Source: an uncultured Actinomycetota bacterium (GTDB taxonomy: Bacteria; Actinomycetota; Actinomycetes; Actinomycetales; Dermatophilaceae). From it: 64,000 nucleotides of DNA. The stretch covers positions 30,475-94,474 of the forward strand of contig CAWBEJ010000025.1 in assembly GCA_963787805.1 (NCBI GenBank). The letters run 5' to 3'. The notes under the pieces are model-generated. The model was not told the DNA's origin. It did not search any database and saw nothing but the letters and a program-made list of their open reading frames with translations. Shown piece by piece: positions 11,032-21,437 of the stretch (the stretch's first letter is position 1; every line of letters starts with the position of its first letter). The translations under genes and the position numbers were made by a program.

Positions 11032-12456
11032 ATGTCCCCCTCCCGCGGCAGCGTCGCCCTGGTCACGCTGGGCTGCACGCGCAACGAGGTGGACTCCGAG
11101 GAGCTCGCCGGCCGCCTCGCCGCGGAGGGCTGGACGCTCGTCGAGGACGCCGCTGATGCGGACGTCGCGGTCGTCAACACCTGTGGGTTCGTCGAGCAGG
11201 CGAAGAAGGACTCGATCGACACCCTCCTCGAGGCCGCCGACCTCAAGCGGACCGGTCGCACCCGCGCCGTCGTCGCGGTCGGCTGCCTCGCCGAGCGCTA
11301 CGGTCAGACGCTGGCCGACGAGCTGCCGGATGCCGACGCCGTGCTCGGATTCGACTCCTACCGGGCGATGTCCAGCCACCTCACGGCTGTGCTGGACGGG
11401 CAGCGACCCGCATCCCACCTGCCGTCGGACCGGCGCCGGCTGCTTCCGCTGGCGCCCGCCGACCGCTCCGGGGGCGGGGCAGCCGTGTCGGCGCCGGGTC
11501 ATGGAGACGGCGGGGACGCGGGGTTCGTGCGCGCGAGGCTCGACGCCCGCCCGTGGGCGCCGCTGAAGATCGCCAGCGGGTGCGACCGACGCTGTTCGTT
11601 CTGCGCCATCCCGATGTTCCGAGGCTCGTTCGTCTCCCGGCGTCCGACCGACGTGGTTGCCGAGGCCCGGTGGCTCGCTTCACAGGGCGTGCAGGAGCTC
11701 TTCCTCGTGAGCGAGAACTCGACGTCGTACGGCAAGGACCTCGGTGACCTGGCGCTCCTGGAGAAGCTCCTGCCCGAGCTCAGCGAGGTGGACGGGGTCG
11801 AGCGGGTCCGGGTGTCCTACCTCCAGCCCGCCGAGGTGCGACCGGGTCTGCTCGCGGCGATGGCGACCACGCCCGGCGTCATGCCCTGGTACGACCTCTC
11901 CTTCCAGCACGCGTCCACCCCGGTGCTGCGCCGGATGCGGCGCTTCGGGGGCACCGAGGCGTTCCTCGACCTCATCGGTCGTGTCCGGACGCGGCAGCCC
12001 CTCGCGGGCGTGCGCAGCAATGTCATCGTGGGCTTCCCGGGCGAGACCGAGTCTGACGTCGAGGAGCTCGAGCGCTTCCTCGGCGAGGCGCGTCTCGACG
12101 TCGTCGGTGTCTTCGGCTACTCCGACGAGGACGGCACCGAGGCGGAGGCACTCGAGGACAAGCTGCCCGATGCGGTCGTCGCGGAGCGGGTGGAGCGGTT
12201 GACCGCCCTCGTGGAGGAGCTCACCGCCCAACGAGCCGGCGAGCGGGTCGGTGAGAACGTCGTCGTGCTCGTGGAGGACCACGACGAGGACGACCCGACG
12301 GTCGCGGTCGGCCGCGCTGAGCACCAGGGTCCCGACGTCGACGGGGTGTGCCTCGTGCACGGGTCGCCCGGGACGGCCCCGGTCACGGTCGGGTCGTTCG
12401 TCCACGCCGTCGTCGTCGACGCGGTGGGGGTCGACCTCGTCGTGGAGGCGCGATGA
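11032..12456 (+). CDS. rimO: Ribosomal protein S12 methylthiotransferase
   Basis: [25 protein letters not shown] radical-SAM motif, TRAM domain; precedes pgsA. Confidence 0.96.
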   Translation: MSPSRGSVALVTLGCTRNEVDSEELAGRLAAEGWTLVEDAADADVAVVNTCGFVEQAKKDSIDTLLEAADLKRTGRTRAVVAVGCLAERYGQTLADELPDADAVLGFDSYRAMSSHLTAVLDGQRPASHLPSDRRRLLPLAPADRSGGGAAVSAPGHGDGGDAGFVRARLDARPWAPLKIASGCDRRCSFCAIPMFRGSFVSRRPTDVVAEARWLASQGVQELFLVSENSTSYGKDLGDLALLEKLLPELSEVDGVERVRVSYLQPAEVRPGLLAAMATTPGVMPWYDLSFQHASTPVLRRMRRFGGTEAFLDLIGRVRTRQPLAGVRSNVIVGFPGETESDVEELERFLGEARLDVVGVFGYSDEDGTEAEALEDKLPDAVVAERVERLTALVEELTAQRAGERVGENVVVLVEDHDEDDPTVAVGRAEHQGPDVDGVCLVHGSPGTAPVTVGSFVHAVVVDAVGVDLVVEAR

Positions 12457-13187
12457 CCGAGAAGCCGGTCCGCCCCGTCCGACCAGGACCACTCGCGGAG
12501 GGGCGCGCCACCGACCCCTACCGCGCCGGCATCGACCCTGCCAGCGATGTCGTCCCGACGACCGGGCCGAGCGCATGGAACATCGCGAACTACCTCACCG
12601 TCTTCCGGCTGCTGCTCGTCCCGGTCTTCGGGTGGCTGCTCCTCGTCGACGCGGGCCGCAGCCCCGGGTACCGGTGGGCTGCCTTCGGCGTCTTCGCGGT
12701 CGCCATGCTCACCGACCGGATCGACGGCGACCTGGCACGGAGCCGGGGGCTCGTCACGAACTTCGGCAAGGTCGTCGACCCGATCGCCGACAAGGCCCTC
12801 GTCACGATGGCCCTCGTGGGCCTCTCCGCCATCGGGGAGGTGTGGTGGTGGGTCACCGTGGTCGTGCTCGTGCGCGAGTGGGGCATCACCGCGGTCCGCT
12901 TCTGGGTGATCCGGCACGGGGTCATGGCGGCCGGGCGGGGCGGCAAGCTCAAGACCCTGCTGCAGACCTTCGGCATCGGGTTCTACCTGCTGCCGCGCTG
13001 GACCCTACCGCTGCCGGCGTTCTGGGACTGGGTGGCGGCGATCTCGCTGGGCGCCGCCGTGGTCGTCACCGTGGTGACCGGCGTGGACTACCTCATCCAG
13101 GCGCTCCGACTGCGTCGGACCAGCGAGCGGGCGACACGCAAGCGCGCTGCGCGGGCGGCCGCCCGGCAGCGGCGCACGGGCGCGTGA
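12453..13187 (+). CDS. pgsA: CDP-diacylglycerol--glycerol-3-phosphate 3-phosphatidyltransferase
   Basis: [34 protein letters not shown]. Confidence 0.95.
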   Translation: MTEKPVRPVRPGPLAEGRATDPYRAGIDPASDVVPTTGPSAWNIANYLTVFRLLLVPVFGWLLLVDAGRSPGYRWAAFGVFAVAMLTDRIDGDLARSRGLVTNFGKVVDPIADKALVTMALVGLSAIGEVWWWVTVVVLVREWGITAVRFWVIRHGVMAAGRGGKLKTLLQTFGIGFYLLPRWTLPLPAFWDWVAAISLGAAVVVTVVTGVDYLIQALRLRRTSERATRKRAARAAARQRRTGA

Positions 13188-13747
13188 CGGCCGCCGCGCA
13201 GCGGGCGACGGGGGTCGTGCGCGGGCTCAAGGAGGCCGGGCTCACCGTCGGGACGGCCGAGTCACTCACCGGCGGCCTCGTGTGCGCCGCGCTGACCAGC
13301 GTGCCGGGGGCATCCGCGGTGGTGCGTGGTGGGGTCGTCGCCTACGCGAGCGACGTGAAGGCCGACGTCCTCGGCGTGGACCGGGCACTTCTCGACCGGG
13401 AGGGTGCCGTCAACGCCGCGGTGGCTCGTGACCTGGCGGACGGGGCGCGACGGGTTCTGCGGTGCGACGTGGGTGTCGCGACGACGGGTGTCGCCGGACC
13501 CGACCCGGCGGACGGCGCCGCCGTGGGCACGGTCTACGTCGCCGCCAGCGGGCCGTGGGGAATCCTCGTCGAACGGCACGCGTTGACCGGCGATCGGGCT
13601 GATATCCGCTCAGCCAGTGTCCGTGCCGCCCTCCAGCTCCTTGAGGAGGGTCTGCAGAACCTCCGCGACCAGGTCGGCAGCGGGGGGTACGGTGGACGGC
13701 ACGAGGGACGATCCGCCCAGCACGACCATCGAGAGGAGGCGCCATGA
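13184..13747 (+). CDS. cinA: CinA C-terminal domain / nicotinamide-nucleotide amidohydrolase
   Basis: AESLTGG, PGASAV, TTGVAGP, VGTVY; GTG overlaps pgsA stop. Confidence 0.9.
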   Translation: MTAAAQRATGVVRGLKEAGLTVGTAESLTGGLVCAALTSVPGASAVVRGGVVAYASDVKADVLGVDRALLDREGAVNAAVARDLADGARRVLRCDVGVATTGVAGPDPADGAAVGTVYVAASGPWGILVERHALTGDRADIRSASVRAALQLLEEGLQNLRDQVGSGGYGGRHEGRSAQHDHREEAP

Positions 13748-14052
13748 TCCTGCTTCGGCACGAGCTCGGCGAGGTCCTGCGGGAGATCCGTCAGGACCAG
13801 GGCCGCACGCTTCGTGACGTCGCCGCATCGGCCGCCGTCTCCTTGGGCTATCTCAGCGAGCTCGAGAGGGGCACGAAGGAGGCCTCCTCCGAGCTCCTGG
13901 CCGCCGTGTGCGCGGGACTCGGGCTCAGCCTCTCGGATGTCCTGGCGCTCGTCAGCGAGCGGGTCGAGCGGGTCGAGACCCTGACGGAGCCCGTGACGCT
14001 CCCCGTCGGTGCGGCTCGCTCGGGTGCTCGCGTCTCCGCCTCCGCTGCCTGA
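13744..14052 (+). CDS. clgR: XRE-family HTH regulator (ClgR-like)
   Basis: [31 protein letters not shown]; conserved position after pgsA-cinA. Confidence 0.85.
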   Translation: MILLRHELGEVLREIRQDQGRTLRDVAASAAVSLGYLSELERGTKEASSELLAAVCAGLGLSLSDVLALVSERVERVETLTEPVTLPVGAARSGARVSASAA

Positions 14053-14084
14053 CGCCGTGTCGCGGTGAGCACGCCCCGCGGCGG

Positions 14085-14951
14085 TCACCGTGAGGCCCGG
14101 TACGCTCCGCGTCCCCCCGCTCCGAGCGGTCGTTGTGGTCGGCCGTCGTCGGTCGGCGCCAGGCCCTTCTGACAGGTCGGGCACGAGAAGAGCGTCCGCT
14201 CCCGGGGGGCCGCACCCGTCGTCGCCACCCGCACCGTGTCACCGCAGCGCCGGCATGGACGGCCCGAGCGCGCGTGCACATAGGCCTCCTCACCGGAGCG
14301 CCGCACGCCGGTGCTCGCCTGCCGGCCGGTGCGTCGTGCGGCATCCATGAGCCGGTGCGCTCGGTGCAGGAGCCGAAGCACTCTCTCGGGTTCGACCTGA
14401 GCGACCGGTGTCCAGGGCAGGATCCCCTCGAGGAACAGGGTCTCGCTCGCCCAGAACGTGCCGACCCCGGCGAGGACCCGTTGGTCGAGCAGCGCGTCGC
14501 CGACGAACCCCGGGTATGCCGTGACGCGTGCGGCGGCGCGGTCGGCGTCCCAGTCTGGGCCGAGCACGTCGGGTCCCAGGTGGCCGACGAGGTCGTCCTC
14601 CCGGCTCGTGGGGACGAGGTCCAGCATGCCGAGGCGAAGACCCACGGCGGACCACCGCGCCGTGAGGACTGCCGCACGCAGGTCTGCCCGGCGCAACGCC
14701 CGCTCGGTGTCGTGCCCCGGGTGCTCGACCCGCCACTGGCCCTCCATCCGCAGATGGGTGTGGAGGGTGGCGCCGGTGTCGAAGCGATGGAGGATGTGCT
14801 TGCCACGCGCCACGACCTCCACGGTGCGCGATCCGCGAAGGTCGACGTCCGGGACCGTCGGCCAGCGCAGCTCGCAGCGATCGACGATCTCGCCGCGTAG
14901 GGCGGCATCCAGGCGGTCGGCCGTCCGCCACACGGTGTCACCCTCGGGCAC
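14085..14951 (-). CDS. nei: Fpg/Nei-family DNA glycosylase
   Basis: N-terminal PEGD, RGKH, THLRMEG, LLDQRVLAGVG, C-terminal Zn finger CRRC/CPTC. Confidence 0.93.
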   Translation of the reverse strand: MPEGDTVWRTADRLDAALRGEIVDRCELRWPTVPDVDLRGSRTVEVVARGKHILHRFDTGATLHTHLRMEGQWRVEHPGHDTERALRRADLRAAVLTARWSAVGLRLGMLDLVPTSREDDLVGHLGPDVLGPDWDADRAAARVTAYPGFVGDALLDQRVLAGVGTFWASETLFLEGILPWTPVAQVEPERVLRLLHRAHRLMDAARRTGRQASTGVRRSGEEAYVHARSGRPCRRCGDTVRVATTGAAPRERTLFSCPTCQKGLAPTDDGRPQRPLGAGGRGAYRASR

Positions 14952-14957
14952 CGCGCG

Positions 14958-17900
14958 TCACCGCCGCATCCGGAGCCCGCGGGGGGTCAGGTGGAACCCC
15001 GCCACCTCGAGCGCGGCCACCACCGGGTGACCCGAGCCGAGCAGCTGCCCGCCGTCGGCTTTCTCGACGGTGATCCGGCCGAGACTCCCCCGTCGCACCG
15101 CGTCGGCGAGCGCGGTCGCCGCGGCGGCCAGGAGGCGGGGATCCTCGCTGTACGTCAGCAGGGTCTTCCCGCCGCGCTCGACGTAGAGAAGGAGCTCGCC
15201 GTCGACGAGCACGACGACCGCCCCGGCCTTGCGGCCGGGCTGGTGGTGTCGGCGTCGGTCCGGAGCGGTCGACGCAGCTTCCCCCTGCCCGTCGGCCGCG
15301 GGGTCGACCGCGCGGTCCGGCCAGGACAGGGCGGCACCGAAGGGGTTCGCCGGGTCGCTGGCCGCCAGCACCACCGCGGTCGGGCTGTCCCGGGTCCCGT
15401 TGTGCGCCGATCCGCTGCGGAGCCGGTCGACGGCCCCGGTGGTGCCGAACTGGGACGCCCCGAGGCCCTCGACGAAGTACCCGCGACGGACCCGGCCCGC
15501 CTCCTCTGCCCGACCGAGCACCCGGTAGATCGCCGCGAACCCGCCCGGGACGTCCTCCGCGGCCGTGGCGCCGCGGGTGAGGATGCCGTGTCGGTCGAGG
15601 AGGAGCTCTGCCGTGGCGTAGGTGCGCAGCGTCGGGTCGAGCTCCACCGGGGGGAGCAGAGACCACCGACCCGTGACCCGTGCCGGGCCCGACCGGGTGG
15701 GGAGCACCGGTCGTGGCGGTGCCGCACCGAGCCCGCCGAGGGGGCCCCGCCGACCGGCATACCTGGTGCGGCGGGGTCCCGTCGCCGTCCTCCGGTGGGC
15801 CGTGCGCCCGCCGCCGAGGAGGGCCCGGACCGGAGCGAAGGTGTCACCGGTGACCCGGCCGGCCCACACGAGCTCCCACAGGGTCGTCGCGAGGGCGTCG
15901 TCGTCGGTGGCGCCGACCTGGTCGGAGAGGGCGCGGAAGAAGTGCGCTCCACCTCCGCCGAGAGCATCGAGCACGGCGATGCCCTGCTCGGAGGGGGGAC
16001 GCTCCGGGTCGGGACCGGGCAGGGTGAGGTGAGCGGAGTCGGCGAGGTGCAGTGAGACCCACCCGTCGTCGCCGGGGAGCGACCCGTGACCGCACCACAG
16101 CACCTCACCGGTCGACATCAGCTCGTCGAGGAGCGCTGGGGAGTAGTCGCGAACGCGGGAGGGGAGGACGAGGGACTCCACCGCACTGGCGGGCACCACC
16201 GCTCCGCTCAGCTGCTCGACGGCGCGCAGCAGCCCGTCGCGACCCCGCAACGACCCGCCGACGCCCTGCCAACCCAGGAGGAAGCGAGAGAGCTCGACCG
16301 GCGTGACCGGCTCGACCTCGGCACGCAGCGCGGCGAGCGAGCGTCGACGGAGCATGCGCAGCACCTCGGCGTCGCAGTACTCGGTGCCACCCCCGCCGGT
16401 CGGAAGCAGCTCGCCCTCGACGACGCGTCCCGTGGAGACCAGCCGGGCGAGGGCGGCCGTGGCGACGGCGGGGCCGAGACCATGGGCGCGGGCCACCTCG
16501 CCGGCATGGAAGGGTGCGTGCGTGCGGGCATAGCGGGCGACGAGGTCACCCAGGGGGTCTGCGACCGGCTCGAGGAACGCCTGCGGCACACCCGGTGGCA
16601 GAGAGACGCCGAGCGCGTCCCGGAGCCGTGCGGCGTCCTCGATCGCTGCCCAACGGTCCTCGCCCGCGACCCGGACGGGGATCACCTGACGGAGGCCCGC
16701 GAGACCCTCGAGCCAGGCCTCCACGTCGGCTCCCGTGGTGCCTTCGCGGCACCGGACGAGGACGGCCTCGGTCGACAGCGGTCCGAGGCTGCGCAGGAGG
16801 TCGAGGGTGTCGTCGGCGTCGCGAGCCGCACGTTCGGGTGTGAGCCGTTGCAGCTCGGCCTCCGTGCGAGCGATCTGCTCGGCGTCGAGGAGGTCGCGCA
16901 GGGCCAGGCCCTCGCCGGTGCCGAGGAGCTCCGCCAGCAGGGACGGGTCGAGGGCCAGCGCGGCGGCCCGGCGCTCCGCGAGCGGGGAGTCCCCCTCGTA
17001 GAGGAACTGCGCCACGTAGCCGAAGAGGAGCGACTTGGCGAAGGGGGACGGGGTGGCGCTCTCGACGTCGACGACGGTGACCCGGCGGGACGCGATGTCG
17101 CGCATGAGGTCGACGAGACCGGGAACGTCGAAGACGTCCTGGACGCACTCCCGAACGGCCTCGAGGACGATGGGGAACGACGGGTACTGGCTCGCCACCT
17201 CGAGCAGCTGGGAGGCCCGTTGGCGTTGCTGCCAGAGCGGCTGCCGGCGGTCCGGGCGCCGACGAGGGAGGAGCAGCGCTCGGGCCGCGCACTCGCGGAA
17301 GCGGGCTGCGAAGAGCGCCGAGCCGCCGATCTCGTCGGTGACGAGGCCTCGGACGTCGTCGGGCTCGAGGATGACGATGTCGAGCAGCTCGTGGCCCACC
17401 CCTCGGCCACCCACGCCGGTCACGTCGTCGAGCTCCAGGTCCGGCAGGCGCAGCACGATGCCGTCGTCGCCGTGCATCGCCTGGACGTCCACGCCGAACC
17501 GGTCGCGCATCCGTGCGCCGACCGCCAGCGCCCAGGGAGCGTGCACCTGCGCCCCGAAGGGCGAGTGGACGGCGACCCGCCAGTCGCCGAGCTCGTCCCG
17601 GAACCTCTCGACGACGATCGTCCGGTCGTCGGGGACGTGGCCGGTGGCCTCCCGCTGCTCCCGCAGGTACCCGAGGAGGTTGTCGGCGGCCCACTCGTCG
17701 AGCCCGGCCGCCATCACGCGCTCCCGGGCGGCCGGGGGCGCGAGCCCGACCACCTCACGGACGAAGGCCCCGACCGCGCGGCCGAGCTCCGCGGGCCGTC
17801 CCAGGGAGTCGCCCTTCCAGAAGGGGAGCCGGCCCGGCAGGCCCGGCGCCGGAGTCACGAGGACCCGGTCGTGGGTGATGTCCTCGATCCGCCACGTGCT

Positions 17901-19646
17901 CGTCCCGAGGGTGAACAAGTCACCGACCCGTGACTCGTACACCATCTCCTCGTCGAGCTCGCCCACGCGGCGGCCGGGCCCGTCGCCGGTCGCGAGGAAG
18001 ACGGCATACAGGCCCCGGTCGGGGATGGTGCCGCCGGAGGTGACGGCGAGGCGCTGGGCGCCGCGACGGCCGGTGAGGGTGTCCGAGAGGCGGTCCCAGG
18101 TGACTCGGGCACGCAGCTCGGCGAACTCCTCGCTCGGGTAGCGGCCCGCGAGCATGTCGAGCACGGACTCCAGCACCGGGCGAGTGAGCGTCGCGTAGGG
18201 GGCGGCGCGCCGGGCGAGGGTGAGCACGTCGTCGACGCTCCACTCGTCGAGCGCACACATGGCGACGACGTGCTGGGCGAGGACGTCGAGGGGGTTGGCG
18301 GGCACGCGGAGCGCCTCGATCTGGCCGGCGAGCATGCGCTCGACGACGACAGCGGTCTGGACGAGGTCGCCACGGAACTTGGGGAACAGCACCCCCCTGC
18401 TGACCGCCCCCACCTGGTGGCCGGCACGGCCCACACGCTGGAGGCCCGAGGCCACCGACGGCGGTGACTCGACCTGCACGACGAGGTCGACCGCGCCCAT
18501 GTCGATGCCGAGCTCGAGGCTGCTCGTGGCCACCACGGCGGGGAGGCGCCCCGACTTCAGCTCCTCCTCGATGGTGGCGCGCTGCTCCTTGCTGACCGAC
18601 CCGTGGTGGGCCCGCGCCAGCACGGCGGGGGCGCCGCGCGCTGCACCCGACTGGGCCATGATCTGCGCGGGACTGTGGCTGAGCACAGCGGGCTGCGACA
18701 CGGCGTCCGCGTCGGTGCGCTCCTCCCAGATCTCGTTGAGCCGGGTGGTGAGGCGCTCGGCGAGACGGCGGCTGTTGGAGAAGACGAGGGTCGAGGTGTG
18801 CTCCGCGACGAGGTCGACGATGCGCTCCTCCACGTGCGGCCAGATCGAGGCGCGCTGCTCCGGTCCCGACGCCGCCCCGGACAGGTCGCCGGTGGGCTGG
18901 CCCAGCTCGGCCATGTCGGGCACGGGGACGACGACCTTGAGGTCCCACGCCTTGGTCGACGGCGGGTGCACGACGTCGACGGGCTGACCCCCGGTGAGGT
19001 AGCGGGCGACCTCCTCCACCGGGCGGACGGTGGCGGACAGCCCGATCCGCTGTGCTGGTCGCGGGAGGAGGGCGTCGAGCCGCTCCAGGGAGAGCGCCAG
19101 GTGGGCGCCGCGCTTGGTGCCGGCGACGGCGTGCACCTCGTCGAGGATCACCGTCTCGACGCCCGCGAGGGCCTCGCGTGCGGCCGAGGTGAGGAGGAGG
19201 AAGAGCGACTCCGGGGTCGTGATGAGGATGTCCGAGGGAGCGCGGGCGAAGGCGCGGCGCTCGTCGGCGGGTGTGTCACCGGAACGCACCGCAACGGTGA
19301 TGTCCGGCTCGAGCAGTCCCAGGCGGGTGGCCGCGTGCCGGATGCCGACGAGTGGGCTGCGCAGGTTGCGCTCGACGTCGACGGCCAGCGCCTTCATCGG
19401 CGACACGTAGAGGACCCGGCAGCGTTGCCGGCGCTCTGCGGGCAGGGGTTGCGACGCAAGACGGTCGAGGGCCCACAGGAATGCCGACAGCGTCTTGCCC
19501 GACCCCGTGGGGGCGACGACGAGGGTGTGGTGGCCGCTGCTGATCGCCTCCCACGCGCCCTCCTGGGCGGTCGTGGGCGCACTGAAGCTGCCCCGGAACC
19601 AGGCCGCCGTGGCCGGGGAGAAGCGGTCGAGGACGTCACCGGTCAT
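14958..19646 (-). CDS. lhr: Lhr ATP-dependent helicase
   Basis: APTGSGKT, DEVH, SAT, TSSLELGIDMG, QRVGRAGH, GGTIPDRG; 1562 aa, paired with nei. Confidence 0.96.
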   Translation of the reverse strand: MTGDVLDRFSPATAAWFRGSFSAPTTAQEGAWEAISSGHHTLVVAPTGSGKTLSAFLWALDRLASQPLPAERRQRCRVLYVSPMKALAVDVERNLRSPLVGIRHAATRLGLLEPDITVAVRSGDTPADERRAFARAPSDILITTPESLFLLLTSAAREALAGVETVILDEVHAVAGTKRGAHLALSLERLDALLPRPAQRIGLSATVRPVEEVARYLTGGQPVDVVHPPSTKAWDLKVVVPVPDMAELGQPTGDLSGAASGPEQRASIWPHVEERIVDLVAEHTSTLVFSNSRRLAERLTTRLNEIWEERTDADAVSQPAVLSHSPAQIMAQSGAARGAPAVLARAHHGSVSKEQRATIEEELKSGRLPAVVATSSLELGIDMGAVDLVVQVESPPSVASGLQRVGRAGHQVGAVSRGVLFPKFRGDLVQTAVVVERMLAGQIEALRVPANPLDVLAQHVVAMCALDEWSVDDVLTLARRAAPYATLTRPVLESVLDMLAGRYPSEEFAELRARVTWDRLSDTLTGRRGAQRLAVTSGGTIPDRGLYAVFLATGDGPGRRVGELDEEMVYESRVGDLFTLGTSTWRIEDITHDRVLVTPAPGLPGRLPFWKGDSLGRPAELGRAVGAFVREVVGLAPPAARERVMAAGLDEWAADNLLGYLREQREATGHVPDDRTIVVERFRDELGDWRVAVHSPFGAQVHAPWALAVGARMRDRFGVDVQAMHGDDGIVLRLPDLELDDVTGVGGRGVGHELLDIVILEPDDVRGLVTDEIGGSALFAARFRECAARALLLPRRRPDRRQPLWQQRQRASQLLEVASQYPSFPIVLEAVRECVQDVFDVPGLVDLMRDIASRRVTVVDVESATPSPFAKSLLFGYVAQFLYEGDSPLAERRAAALALDPSLLAELLGTGEGLALRDLLDAEQIARTEAELQRLTPERAARDADDTLDLLRSLGPLSTEAVLVRCREGTTGADVEAWLEGLAGLRQVIPVRVAGEDRWAAIEDAARLRDALGVSLPPGVPQAFLEPVADPLGDLVARYARTHAPFHAGEVARAHGLGPAVATAALARLVSTGRVVEGELLPTGGGGTEYCDAEVLRMLRRRSLAALRAEVEPVTPVELSRFLLGWQGVGGSLRGRDGLLRAVEQLSGAVVPASAVESLVLPSRVRDYSPALLDELMSTGEVLWCGHGSLPGDDGWVSLHLADSAHLTLPGPDPERPPSEQGIAVLDALGGGGAHFFRALSDQVGATDDDALATTLWELVWAGRVTGDTFAPVRALLGGGRTAHRRTATGPRRTRYAGRRGPLGGLGAAPPRPVLPTRSGPARVTGRWSLLPPVELDPTLRTYATAELLLDRHGILTRGATAAEDVPGGFAAIYRVLGRAEEAGRVRRGYFVEGLGASQFGTTGAVDRLRSGSAHNGTRDSPTAVVLAASDPANPFGAALSWPDRAVDPAADGQGEAASTAPDRRRHHQPGRKAGAVVVLVDGELLLYVERGGKTLLTYSEDPRLLAAAATALADAVRRGSLGRITVEKADGGQLLGSGHPVVAALEVAGFHLTPRGLRMRR

Positions 19647-19655
19647 GTGGGGACC

Positions 19656-19677
19656 AGCGTCTCACCCGCGACCGACA
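19656..19677 (-). promoter_or_regulatory. PafBC/RecA-NDp-type promoter of lhr-nei
   Basis: Minus strand TGTCGG-N10-GACGCT, one mismatch to TGTCGG-N10-TAnnnT, 9 nt before the lhr ATG. Confidence 0.6.
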
Positions 19678-19710
19678 CCCGGCGCAGGGAGTCGACCTGG
19701 TGCTCGGGGG

Positions 19711-19727
19711 TCATCCCCCGGGGGTGA
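19711..19727. promoter_or_regulatory. Imperfect palindrome upstream of MFS gene (candidate activator site)
   Basis: TCATCCCC-C-GGGGGTGA, upstream of a candidate -10 TACGGT at 19751-19756. Confidence 0.4.
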
Positions 19728-19809
19728 TGTTGCGCTCCCGAGGGTGCTTGTACGGTCGCCGTGGTGGCGGATGCCGGCCCCTGCCCCGAGGCACGTCGGA
19801 GGAGAGCAG

Positions 19810-21411
19810 ATGAGCGACACGGCACCGCGTGACGTCGACGAGCCCGTCGAGCAGGGCAGCCGTCGGCTGATGGTGCTGCTCGCGATGGCGATGTTCGTGC
19901 TCGTGGTCGACACCTCGCTGATGAACGTCTCGATCTCGGCGGTCGTCGAGGACCTCGACACCACAGCCAGCGGCGTGCAGTCCGCCATCGCCCTCGAGGC
20001 CCTCGTCTCGGCGGCATTCATCCTCATCAACAGCAAGGTCGGTGACCTCATCGGTCGCCGACGCGCTTACGTCCTGGGTCTCCTGGCCTACGCGGTCGGA
20101 GCGCTCGCCATGACGCTGACCCAGAGCCTGACCGCCATCATCGTCTTCTGGGCCATCATCGGGGGCCTCGGCGCCTCCCTGCTGCTCCCGGCGATGCAGT
20201 CCCTGATCCACGGCAACTTCACCGGCGCCGCGCAGAAGCAGGCCTACGCGATGATCGGTGCAGCAGCCGCCATCGCCGCCGCGGTCGGTCCGCTGCTCGG
20301 CGGCTTCGTCACGACCTTCCTGTCGTGGCGCGTCGGGTTCGCGCTCGAGGTCGTCATCATCGCCGTCATCCTGAGCCAGATCCGCCTGGTCAAGGACGTG
20401 GCGTACACCGGGTCACGCGAGATCGACAGGGTCGGTGCCGGGCTCTCCGTCGTGGGGATGGGAGGCGTGGTCCTCGGCATCCTCGTCTGGCAGGAGGGCG
20501 GTGAGTTCGTCCTCCTCATCATGGCCGTGGGCGCCGTGGCACTGTTCTCCCTCGCTCGGTGGCTCGTCCGACGCAAGCGCCTCCAGCGGGTCACCCTCCT
20601 CGACCCCGACCTGTTCACCAAGCCGAACTTCACGGCGGGCATCTCGGGCCAGATGCTCCAGCAGGTGTCCCTCGGCGGAGCGATGATCGCCCTCCCGCTC
20701 TTCCTCCAGATGACCCTCGAGTACAACGCGATGGAGGCCGGGCTGTCGTTGGCGCCGCTGTCCCTGACGATGTTCGCCGCCGCTCTCGTCGCAGGCCGGC
20801 GGACCGGCGACCGACGACCCGCGTCGGTCATCCGGGCCGGCTTCCTGCTGACGGCCGTCGGCATGGCGATGATCATCCCGCTCGTCCCACGGGTGGACAG
20901 CGGGTGGTACCTCGTGGTCCCCCTCGTCGTCGCCGGCTGTGGCCTGGGCCTGCTCGTCTCCCAGCTCAACAACTACACCTTGGCGCCGATCGAGGAGGAG
21001 CGGGTCAGTGAGGCTGCGGGCGTCAACTCCGCCGCCGGCTCGTTCGGCCTGTCCTTCGGGCTGGCGGTGGCCGGTGGCCTGCTGCTGGCCGCGCTGTCCT
21101 TCGGCTTCACGCAGCTCACCGAGGACAGCACGGTCATCCCCCCGGCGCAGCAGCAGCAGATCGCCGCAACCCTCGAGGAGGACGCCGAGGTCATGAGCAA
21201 CACGGCGCTGGCGCGGCAGATCAGCGGCGAACCGCCCGAGGTGGAGGCCGAGGTGCTGGCCATCAACACCCAGGCCCGCAACCGGTCGCTGCAGGTCGCC
21301 CTGCTCGTCCCCCTCGTGGCGGCGCTGCTCGGGCTCCTCAACTCGTTCCGGATGCTGCGGCTGCCCGACGTGCGGCCGTCCGGTCGTCTCGAGGGGACGG
21401 ACCTCGGCTGA
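19810..21411 (+). CDS. MFS transporter (DHA2-like, 14 TM)
   Basis: VDTSLMNVSI, KVGDLIGRRR, AVGPLLGG; RBS GGAGGAG. Confidence 0.9.
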   Translation: MSDTAPRDVDEPVEQGSRRLMVLLAMAMFVLVVDTSLMNVSISAVVEDLDTTASGVQSAIALEALVSAAFILINSKVGDLIGRRRAYVLGLLAYAVGALAMTLTQSLTAIIVFWAIIGGLGASLLLPAMQSLIHGNFTGAAQKQAYAMIGAAAAIAAAVGPLLGGFVTTFLSWRVGFALEVVIIAVILSQIRLVKDVAYTGSREIDRVGAGLSVVGMGGVVLGILVWQEGGEFVLLIMAVGAVALFSLARWLVRRKRLQRVTLLDPDLFTKPNFTAGISGQMLQQVSLGGAMIALPLFLQMTLEYNAMEAGLSLAPLSLTMFAAALVAGRRTGDRRPASVIRAGFLLTAVGMAMIIPLVPRVDSGWYLVVPLVVAGCGLGLLVSQLNNYTLAPIEEERVSEAAGVNSAAGSFGLSFGLAVAGGLLLAALSFGFTQLTEDSTVIPPAQQQQIAATLEEDAEVMSNTALARQISGEPPEVEAEVLAINTQARNRSLQVALLVPLVAALLGLLNSFRMLRLPDVRPSGRLEGTDLG

Positions 21412-21437
21412 CGGGTCGGTACCGGGACAGCCCCGAC

